Origin: a virus
Direction: 5' to 3' (one strand)
IMG/VR virus record: IMGVR_UViG_3300048914_000231
Span: 1 to 64,000 of that record
Length of the DNA stretch: 64,000 nucleotides
Shown: positions 45,545 through 54,600 of the stretch, one piece after another
Numbering within the stretch: the stretch's first letter is position 1
How the letters are laid out: each line of letters starts with the position of its first letter
Program-made: the position numbers and the translations under genes
The notes under the pieces: generated by a model
The model's input: only the letters and a program-made list of their open reading frames with translations
Databases searched by the model: none
Told to the model about the DNA's origin: nothing

Positions 45545-48500
45545 TTAGGGGAGCATCTTGAAGTTGTGGCAGAGCAGGCCGCCGGCAAAATAGGTGCCGG
45601 CGCCTTCAACGCGGAACGATACCACCTGACCTTGTCCGACGGCAAGGACGCTGGTCACGATCGATTCCTGCATGCCGAGAATGTGGTCGCCCGCGCGCAG
45701 GTTCTGCACGTGGACCCAGCCGCGGTCCTCGACGGCGAAGCGGTGGTTTTCGCTCCATTCGGTTGCGCGACCGTCCGCCAGCGTGACGCGGTAGCGCTGC
45801 GCCCAGATCGTGCAGCAGTCACGGATGATGCCGCCCCTGGCGATCGGCTCAAGCGTCGTGTCATTGACCGCCTGTACGACAGCGCCGTCGTGCAGGTCGC
45901 TGGCGTTGACCTCCCTGCCGCTGGCCAGGCGTACCTTGACCCACGGCGCCGGGCAGGCGCCACCACCGCCTGCGGACGTGCCGCCCGAGCCGCCGCCGGA
46001 TGAGCCCGACGTGCCGGTGATCGTCGTCGTCGACAGGTTGGCATTGACACTGGCGTTGCCGGCGAAGTCCTTGGTTGCTGACCAGCCGTACGAGTTGGCC
46101 AGGCGCACGCGCATGCAGCCGGTGAACAGGCCGTTGCTTTCCAGCTGGGTGCTGATGGTGCTGAGCGAGCCCGATCCGCTGAAGCGCCAGCCCCACGACC
46201 ACGAGCCCTGCACGATGCCACTGTCGCCGTCGTAGGTGCGCGACGGACACGGCCAGTAGAACTCGGTGAACGGGAACGTCGACGAGGTCGACTGAAACAG
46301 CTGGACGTGAATTTGCTGCATCGCGTCGAGGTTGTCGGTATAGGTGCTGTACGAGGTCGGCACCAGCTTGAAGCTGTGGTAAATCTGCTGGAAGTTGGAG
46401 TTGATCACCTGCGACGAGATAAACGAAATCGTCAGGCGGTTGATGTCCGGCGCACCGCCGCGCGTGGTGGCGTCATTGTTGCCGCGCCAGATCACCCGGC
46501 CATTGGCCTGGTTGCCGTCGATTGCCTGCACCAGGCGGAACCAGTAGTCGGAAAACGTCACGCTGCCGACCTGGAACGAGTTGTTGGCCACCTTCAGCGC
46601 CGTACCGGTCGAGGCCAGCTTGGCGCCCGCGGTCGGGTTGCCGGAACCGTCCTCGGCGTAGTTGGTGGTGCGCAGATCGGAAATCATCGCCGACTGGATT
46701 GCCGCGGACCGGATATAGGTGGAGGCATTGGCCGTGGTGATCACCGAGTCGCACCATGGCGTGACCTTGTTGCCCAGCTCCACCTTGATATTGGCAATCA
46801 CGATGTTGCCGCCGCCGGCGGCCGTCGTGAACATGCGCAGGCGGCACAGCGGCGCATTGGCGTTGGCCAGCGCCGTCTCCGTGAAGGAGTAGCGGGTCAT
46901 TGTTGTGGTAAGCGCAACCGAAATGCCGGTGCTGTCGTAATCGATGCTGTTGACGACGTCCACGTTCAGAATACGGCCGGCGGTGGTGCAGTAGGCGTCA
47001 AAACTAACGGTGTATTGAGATCCCCAGGGAATCCCCAGCGCCTGCGATTCGGCGCCGCTATAGCTCGAATCCGCGGTGGTGGCGATCCACACATACTGCC
47101 CGTCACCGAATCGCACGTCGCCGTTGCGGTTGCCGGTGGCAGTGTTGTACATCGTCATGCCGGTCGGGGCCGGGCACAGGTTCGGGTTGGTCGAAGTCTG
47201 CTGGGCCAGGCTGCTGCCGGAGGCCAGCAGCACAGTGCCATCGTCGGCCAGAATCGTGGCCGAACGCATGCTGATGGCACCAGAGGTGCCATCAATGGTG
47301 ATGGTATTCACGCCGCTGCTGTTGTAGGCGACGACGCCGTTCTTGTTCATCATCATGCCGTAGCCGCCAGTGCGTACGCCAGTCGAACTGTTGTACGTCA
47401 ACGTGCCCGCCGTGAAGCCAGCGCCGCCAGTCAGCACGTTGACCGTATTGTTGCGCATGCGCTGGGCCAGGCCGGTGGTGGGGTCATTGACGGCGCTATA
47501 CGCCTGCACACCATTCCAGTTGCTCGACAGGGGGCCAAAGCGGATGCTCTTCATCACGGCGCCAACACTGAAGAACGAACTGTCGAAGAACAGCACCTGG
47601 TTCGCCGTGGTGGAAGCGGCATCCAGGGATGTATAAAATACAACCCCGTTTTTCAGATACTTGACACTGGAGCCATCATAAACCACGGCGAAGACGTCAT
47701 TTGCCGCCCAGGTTCCACGACTGCCGCCAATCTGAGTCCCAGATTCAATGACCTTAATGGAGATTGGGTTCGTAGTGGCATCAAGGCAGAGAGACCAGTC
47801 GATCCCAGTAAAATCGACGCCCGTCAGGTCACCGGAACTATTAAGGCCGAAGGATATCGTGCTCGTGATGTCGGCTGCAACAATGGAAGCGTACGCGCCT
47901 CCCGTAAAACTGTCCCGGCTGTACACCTGTCCGTCCCAACCCGACCCGGTGCCCGTACCTTTGGTGGCGGTATTGCCGCTGACGGTAACCGAACCGGTCG
48001 CCACCAGGGCAATGTCTGCGGTCGCATTGTCGACGGGCTTGCCGGTGCCGGTGATTGCCGACCACACGTTGACGTTTGCAACCGGGATGCCGTTGATCGT
48101 GCCGGTAATGTTGCCAGTGAATGCCACACTTGTACTTGGCTGGTAGGGGTTCTCGGCCGCGAGGGACGGAACCGCGATTGTTGACATGATGACGCCCGCC
48201 GCATTGACGTCCTTGTCGACCGAGCGGTACGCGCGCACGCCGAACTTTGTGAACAGGGTGGCGCCGACGCCATACATGATGAACGCACGTTTCGCCGCAG
48301 GCAGGGTGAACACGGTTTCGGCTGCCGGCGTGGTGCCGAAGGTGTATGCGGCATTCGTAGATGCCTGATACACGTAGACCAGGAAGCCGTCGATGTCTCC
48401 CTCATTGCCCGACCATGCCCATTCGAACGAAATGTCGGCCGAGCCATCGGTGCGGATCGTGTGATCGACCGCCGTGCCATCGGCCAGGATGGTTGGCGCG

Positions 48501-51181
48501 GCAATGGCAGTGCTGTTGCGGTCGTTGGAGGCGTTGAAATTGGTGGTCGCAGTGGCCACTGTGGAAGCCGCCACACCGGCCACAAAGGTTCCGGCCGGAG
48601 CGCCCACGGTAGCGCCGTCCTCGGGTTTGCCGGTGCCGCCGATGTTCGCCCAGTTGTTCGACGTCAGCGGGCCGAAGCGGACGCCATTCAGCTTGCCGCC
48701 CGAAGTGGCGAACGAGCTGTCGAAGAACAGTACCTGTCCGGCCACCTTCGATGCGGCAGATACCGAAGTGTAAAAGACAACTCCATTTTTCAGGTAGTCC
48801 ACGCCGGAGCCGTCGTACGCTACCGCAAACACATCGCCGCCCACGTACGAGCCGTAGGTGCCGCCAACCTGCGCGCCACTCTCATAGACGAGGATTGCAC
48901 CGTCGCTGCGCAGATAGATCGCGTAATCCAGCGTGGTGTAGCTGGTGTCGGTCAGGTCGCCTGCCGAATTCAGGCCGAACATCAGCGAGTGCGTGGCGTC
49001 CTGCGGCGATGCCGATGCGTAGGCGCCGCCAGTGAAAGAATCCCTGCTGTAGGCACCGGCATCCCATGCTTCCGCAATCGACACGTTGTCGACGCCATAG
49101 GTGCCAGCCGCCGCGCGGAGGAACATGAGGTATGAAGTCGTGGTTGTCGCGGTGAACGTGAAGTTGCGACCAGTGCCAGGTTGCGTCAGGGCACTTGTGG
49201 GGTTGTACAGGTCGTTAACGCCGTTGGCCGTACCCACGACAACAATGACTGGCCCGGTCAGGATGTCGAACGTGACAGAGTAGGTCCGCCCCGGCACAGT
49301 GGCGATCGACTGGCTCACGGATGCAGTACCGTTGGAGCCGTTCGGTGTCAGCTGCGCAATGCCCGAAGACCACGCCACCGAACCAGTGGTAGTCCAACCA
49401 TTCAAATTGGACGCGAACGTGCCGTTTGTGATGGAGGGCGCGGTCGCCGCCGGCTTGCTGGCGAGATTGCCGGCGACCGCGCCCACGCCGGTGGCCACCA
49501 GCGTGACATCGGCCACCGCGTTGATTGCACCCGATACCGTGTCATCCACCACGATGCTTTGCGTGTCGATCTGGCTGGCAGTCAGCTTGCCCACCGTGAT
49601 CTGGTTGGCATTCAGCGTGCCCGTGTACACGTAGCCGGACCAGATTTGCGCTGCAGTAATCGTGTTCGCGGCGATTTCGTTGGCCGTAATCGCGCCGGCG
49701 GCGATCTGTCCCGCTGTGATCGTGCGCGCGGCGATCTGGGTGGCCGTGATGGCGCCATCCACGATCAGTTCGCCCTTGTTGCGGCGCATGACCTTGAGAT
49801 TGCGATAGCGCCAGGTCGACAACACGCCATTGGTGACCGGGTGCTGGATCCAGACGCGCGCATAGGCGGCGCCAGCGGGCGCCACACTCTTTGCGCTGCC
49901 AGTCAGCCAGGTGGAGGTGCCGCCCGCAACCGTGGCCGGGCCATTCCACGTCTGACCCGCAATGGTCGGGTAGCCCGTGCTGTAGCTCAGGCCCACGTTG
50001 GCCTGGCTGGTGTCGCCCGACATCCATTTGCCATCGAAACTGATCCAGAACTCGTCACCGGGCACCACCGGGAACCAGTTGTCCAGGTACATATCGCGCG
50101 AGCCGCCGGCCACCTCGATGGCGGGCGCGCTGGTGTCCGTGACCGAAGCTACGCTGCCATATGTGACGGAGAACCAGCCCTCGGCGTTGAGCGTGCCGTT
50201 CGGGTTGCGCACGAGGTTTTCAAAGTCGCCAACGGCGATCTTGCCGGCCGTGACCGCACCTGCTGCCAGTTCGGTGGCGCCGATGGCGCCGGCGGCAATC
50301 TGCCCTGCCGTGATGGTGTCGGCGGCGATCTGCGCGGCAGTGATCGTGTTGGCGGCAATCTGGCCCGCCGTGATGGTATTGGCGGCGATCTCGTTGCCGG
50401 TGATGGTGCCCGCCAGAATCTTGGCGGCCGTGACGGCACCGGCGCCGATCTTGGCCGTGGTGATCGAGTTGTCCGTGATCTGCGTGCTGGTGATCTGGCC
50501 AACCAGCTTGGTGACGTCGATCGAGGCAATCTGCGCGCTGGTCAGGGCGCCAACCAGTTTGGACGAGTCCACGGAGGCGATCTGGCTGCTGGTAAGCGTA
50601 CCTGTGATGTCGATCGCCGGCGTGGCCGAAGTCCAGGCTGATCCGGTGTAGCGGTACAGCTTGCTGTCGGTCGACAGCATCACCACCTTTGGCCCCGTGT
50701 AGCCGGACACGGCCGGCAGGGCCGACACGATCGACACCGGCTGGATGCCGCTGGCAAAGGATGCCGTGGATACCACACCGGAAGCCAGGTTGCCCGTCAC
50801 CGGATCGATCGCTGCCACATTCAGGTTCGACGCCTGCACGGCGCCGGCGGCGATGTCCAGGTTGGTCGCCAGCAGCGACTTGGCCACGGCCGAGTTGGAC
50901 CAGGTTCCATCCGTGCGGCCGTAGATGTTGATCGCGCGCACCCAGTAATAGCGGTTCGTCACCGGATTGACGCTGGTGGACGAGTCCGTGAAGGTGTTCG
51001 TCGTCACGGTGCCGATCTTGGTCGCGCTCGCCACGCTGTTGGTCGAGTTGCTCCAGATTTCGGCGCCGGCGTAGGTCGTGTCGGTAGGCATGTCCCACAA
51101 CAGGACCACGGCGCGCAGGCTTGGCGTGGCCGTCAGGTTGTTCAGGGTCGGTGCCGGTACGGGACGGATATTAAGCAGCAT
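45545..51181 (-). CDS. Large modular tail fibre/adhesin with C-terminal Hint domain
   Basis: FN3-like N-terminus, ITAGQIAANT repeats, three CBM-like modules, a duplicated domain, Gly-rich linker, then C..SENH..CHN Hint. Confidence 0.85.
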   Translation of the reverse strand: MLLNIRPVPAPTLNNLTATPSLRAVVLLWDMPTDTTYAGAEIWSNSTNSVASATKIGTVTTNTFTDSSTSVNPVTNRYYWVRAINIYGRTDGTWSNSAVAKSLLATNLDIAAGAVQASNLNVAAIDPVTGNLASGVVSTASFASGIQPVSIVSALPAVSGYTGPKVVMLSTDSKLYRYTGSAWTSATPAIDITGTLTSSQIASVDSSKLVGALTSAQIASIDVTKLVGQITSTQITDNSITTAKIGAGAVTAAKILAGTITGNEIAANTITAGQIAANTITAAQIAADTITAGQIAAGAIGATELAAGAVTAGKIAVGDFENLVRNPNGTLNAEGWFSVTYGSVASVTDTSAPAIEVAGGSRDMYLDNWFPVVPGDEFWISFDGKWMSGDTSQANVGLSYSTGYPTIAGQTWNGPATVAGGTSTWLTGSAKSVAPAGAAYARVWIQHPVTNGVLSTWRYRNLKVMRRNKGELIVDGAITATQIAARTITAGQIAAGAITANEIAANTITAAQIWSGYVYTGTLNANQITVGKLTASQIDTQSIVVDDTVSGAINAVADVTLVATGVGAVAGNLASKPAATAPSITNGTFASNLNGWTTTGSVAWSSGIAQLTPNGSNGTASVSQSIATVPGRTYSVTFDILTGPVIVVVGTANGVNDLYNPTSALTQPGTGRNFTFTATTTTSYLMFLRAAAGTYGVDNVSIAEAWDAGAYSRDSFTGGAYASASPQDATHSLMFGLNSAGDLTDTSYTTLDYAIYLRSDGAILVYESGAQVGGTYGSYVGGDVFAVAYDGSGVDYLKNGVVFYTSVSAASKVAGQVLFFDSSFATSGGKLNGVRFGPLTSNNWANIGGTGKPEDGATVGAPAGTFVAGVAASTVATATTNFNASNDRNSTAIAAPTILADGTAVDHTIRTDGSADISFEWAWSGNEGDIDGFLVYVYQASTNAAYTFGTTPAAETVFTLPAAKRAFIMYGVGATLFTKFGVRAYRSVDKDVNAAGVIMSTIAVPSLAAENPYQPSTSVAFTGNITGTINGIPVANVNVWSAITGTGKPVDNATADIALVATGSVTVSGNTATKGTGTGSGWDGQVYSRDSFTGGAYASIVAADITSTISFGLNSSGDLTGVDFTGIDWSLCLDATTNPISIKVIESGTQIGGSRGTWAANDVFAVVYDGSSVKYLKNGVVFYTSLDAASTTANQVLFFDSSFFSVGAVMKSIRFGPLSSNWNGVQAYSAVNDPTTGLAQRMRNNTVNVLTGGAGFTAGTLTYNSSTGVRTGGYGMMMNKNGVVAYNSSGVNTITIDGTSGAISMRSATILADDGTVLLASGSSLAQQTSTNPNLCPAPTGMTMYNTATGNRNGDVRFGDGQYVWIATTADSSYSGAESQALGIPWGSQYTVSFDAYCTTAGRILNVDVVNSIDYDSTGISVALTTTMTRYSFTETALANANAPLCRLRMFTTAAGGGNIVIANIKVELGNKVTPWCDSVITTANASTYIRSAAIQSAMISDLRTTNYAEDGSGNPTAGAKLASTGTALKVANNSFQVGSVTFSDYWFRLVQAIDGNQANGRVIWRGNNDATTRGGAPDINRLTISFISSQVINSNFQQIYHSFKLVPTSYSTYTDNLDAMQQIHVQLFQSTSSTFPFTEFYWPCPSRTYDGDSGIVQGSWSWGWRFSGSGSLSTISTQLESNGLFTGCMRVRLANSYGWSATKDFAGNASVNANLSTTTITGTSGSSGGGSGGTSAGGGGACPAPWVKVRLASGREVNASDLHDGAVVQAVNDTTLEPIARGGIIRDCCTIWAQRYRVTLADGRATEWSENHRFAVEDRGWVHVQNLRAGDHILGMQESIVTSVLAVGQGQVVSFRVEGAGTYFAGGLLCHNFKMLP

Positions 51182-51635
51182 TGAAGTTCACCACGAAGTC
51201 AAGGTTGGTGCTGTATTTGATGGTGGCGGTGTAGGCGCCCGCCACCGTCGTCGTAAGGGTCAGCGAGCCGTCGCTGATGGTGCCGTTGGCGATCGGGTTG
51301 ATGCCAACGCCAATCGGCACATCGATCTGGTACGTCGCGCCATTCGGAATCGGGCTGATCGTGATCGAATCGGTGCCGTTGGCAACGATCGAAGTCTTGT
51401 TGGCCGCGATCTGGGTGCCGCTGACGGCAATTGGCGGGCGCGCCTTGGTTGGCAGGTCGCCGCCGATCGGGATCGCATTCACGTCCACCACCTGCGTGAC
51501 CGGGTCGGAACCGGTGATGATCACGTTGGTGCCGGGCGAACTGCCCTGCAGGCGCGCGGACGCCTCCGTCATCGCGGTGCCGGTGCGCAGAATGGCGCCG
51601 GTGGTGGTGTCGTACACCGTGTACTGGATTGTCAT
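51171..51635 (-). CDS. Tail accessory protein
   Basis: YTVYDTTTGAILRTG N-terminus; lies between tip and fibre genes. Confidence 0.65.
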   Translation of the reverse strand: MTIQYTVYDTTTGAILRTGTAMTEASARLQGSSPGTNVIITGSDPVTQVVDVNAIPIGGDLPTKARPPIAVSGTQIAANKTSIVANGTDSITISPIPNGATYQIDVPIGVGINPIANGTISDGSLTLTTTVAGAYTATIKYSTNLDFVVNFNAA

Positions 51636-54600
51636 TTCTTAACGCCCATCATGAAGATTTCGTTGTAGCCAAGGATGACGTCGGGGTGCGCCGACCACTC
51701 CACCTCGACCTTGGTCGTGCCGGCCGGCAGCTTGACTGACGCCGAGCACACCGGAGCATCGTTGGCGACGCGGCCCATGATTCCGCGCACCACGGTGCCG
51801 GCAACCTTGATGCGGATCGACCAGTAGCGGCTGTTGTTGGCAAAGCCCTGCGCGCTGGTGACCAGGATGTAGACCATGCCGTCCTGCGGCATTGCCATGT
51901 AGCCCTCGTTGACGACGGTCCAGGTGCCTTCACCCACGCCCTTGCGCTGGCGGTCCGGCGCGGTGACAACGATCGGCACCGTGACGGCTTCGCCAGCCAG
52001 CTTCAGCGTGTTGATCTGGGCATCGCCAATCATGGCCGACGAGATCGAGGCGTCGCCGATCAGGGCGTTGGACAGAATCACGCGCGGCACGCCGTTCACG
52101 GTGCCGACAGTGAATGGCTGCACACCCGGGTAGCTCGGCATGATCAGGCCGAACTTGTCGGCGTAGATCACGAACTCGGACGTGCCCACGCCGGCCAGGC
52201 TGGAGGTCGAAGACAGGCCAAAGCCGGCGATGTAGCCGTTGTTGTCGATCTTGAGGCTGTACTGGCCGGACAGGCCGCTGATCGTATTGGCGTTGGTCGA
52301 GAACGCCTGCTCCATCGTCACGCCGCCAACGTTGTTCAGACGGCTGGTGATCTGGTAAATCGCCTGGGCCGCGGCGGACGTCGACGTGGCTGACACGTTG
52401 TTGAGCTGCGTGATCGCCGCGGTGGCGGCCGGCAGGCCGGTGGTGGCGTCGTTGACCTGTGCCTTGAGCTGGTACAGCGTCCTGGCGTTGGTCGAGGCCG
52501 ACGTGGCCGACACGTCTTCCAGCGCGGTGATCTTGGCCGTCGCCGCCGGCAGGCCGGTGACCGGGTCGTTGAGAACGTCGCTGACGGCCTTCACGCGCGC
52601 GTTGACGCTGCCGGCCACGGTGTCCGCGGCGTCGATCAGGTCGATCCTGGTCTTGAGCGCCGGCAGCAGCTTGGAGTCCGCGATGACGCCATCGGCGATT
52701 GCCGCCACGTTCAGGTTGGTGGTGGTGAACGTCTGCATCGACGACACGTTCAGTTCCGTGCGGCCGAAGGCGTCGTAGGCCGCCAGTTTGTAGTAGTAGA
52801 CGGCGTTGAACATCAGGCCGGGCACCGCGAACGACGTGTCCGGGCCGCTGTAGACCAGATAGGTGTCGCTGGGCGTGCCATTCAGGTTCGAAGCGTTCTG
52901 CGACATCCACATGCACACGCCGGCGAAATCCGGATCGTCCGTATGCTGGTAGCTGACGCTGACCGAATCGAACGACGGCAGCGCGCTGAAGCTGGTCAGG
53001 CCCGGCGACGGGTTGAAGGCGTCGAGCAGGGCCGGCGTGCCGAGATTGTTGAACGTGTCGCGCTGGCGAACCTGAAACACCAGATGGCGGGTCAGGCCGT
53101 CCGAGAAGTTCTTGTCGTAGATGTAGACGTAGCTGTTGTCCGTCGTGTACTCGGTGCGGCGCAGTGTCGTGCCGTCGGCTTCGAACACCTTGATTTCGTA
53201 ATCCTTGAAATGCGGATCGAGCGCACCGGCATCAGCGCCGTTCGGTTCGCTGCCGAACTCGTAGGAGTGCGTGACCGAGTTGTAGCGCCAGTTGATCTTG
53301 CAGTCACGGCCGGACCAGACATAGTCCACGCCGGTAGGCATGCCGACATCAATACCCTGCGTCTCGCCAATCACGGTATAGGTCGCGGTTGGCGCGTCCT
53401 CGTACTGGCTGCGCTTGTCGAACAGGTCGAACGCCACCACGCGCACGCCCAGGACGTCACCGCGCGCGGCGCTGATGACGACGCTGGTGACGCTCTTTAC
53501 GGTATTGATCTTTTCTTCCGTGCGTCCGTTTCTGGTGACGTACACGTCGGCGCCGCCGTACATGCCCACGGTCGACGCCGTCCAGCTGGCCACCACGCTG
53601 GTGACGACATTGTCACCGGCAATGTAGGTCTCTTCGTAGACGGCCAGGTTGGCAACCGGTCCAATCGGAGTGTTCGGGTTGGTCGGTACGGCCACGTTGC
53701 TGCCGTAGCGGCTGTAGTCATACACTTCGGGGCGGTATTCGATGGCGGTAATGTCGCGCCGGTATTCGGAGTCGCCCGTGATCGACTTGATGCGAAACGC
53801 CTTCTTGACGCGCGCGGCCTCGCCGAACATCCATTTCGTGAACTGGGCCGGTGCGGCGCTCATGGGCGTTTGCAGCGTGACGGTATCGCTGGTGCCAGGC
53901 GTGACCACGACCGGGAATTCCTCGATCACGTCGGTATCCCACAGCACATAGGTCTGGCCCGGAACGACCCCGGCGACGCTTGACAGAATGACGCCATTGC
54001 TGAAGGTGCCGTCGACGCCGATATCCTTGCCGCCCACGACAATGCGCCTGACAGTCAGGCCGGGCGTGAAGCCGGTCAGCGTCACGCTGTTGCCGGTTAC
54101 GCTGACCACGCTGCCGCTGGCGCGCTGCACGCTGTCACGCATCGCCAGCAGATTGTAGGTCTTGCCCGAGGCCATGGTCACGGGGCGGTCAAGCTGCATG
54201 ACCGACGTGGTGGAGCCCGCGTTGAAGCGCCCGGCCTGCGCCCAGTTGGTCAGGTCGGTCTGTACATAGATCAGGTCGCCCACGCGGCAGGCGATCGCCT
54301 CCAGCGGTGCCCCGAACGTGATGGTCTTGAGGATGTAGCGGTTCAGGTTCAGCTGGAACTGCGCTTCCTTGTAGGCGCGGTCATAATCGACCACGCCATA
54401 CAGCGTGACGGCGCTGTTGCGCTGCGGTGCGCCTGAAGTGAATGCCACCGGATCATAGACCTTGATGGTGCGCTGCTTGTACCTGTCGGTCCTGTCGAAA
54501 AAGGTGACGTCGATCTCGTTGGCGCGGTCGGCGGTGCCCAGCCAGGTTTCCTTGTACGAGCCCTGGATCATGTTCGCGACCGAGAACATCATCACCGGCG

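Noticed and set aside
1257-51635. Many proteins end in -AA (HNH, RuvC-like, GIY-YIG, ligase, tail proteins), resembling ClpX degrons
   Set aside because: Several are explained by overlapping SD and start coupling (GAG GCN GCA TGA) and the Ala-rich proteome; cannot be separated from background by eye.
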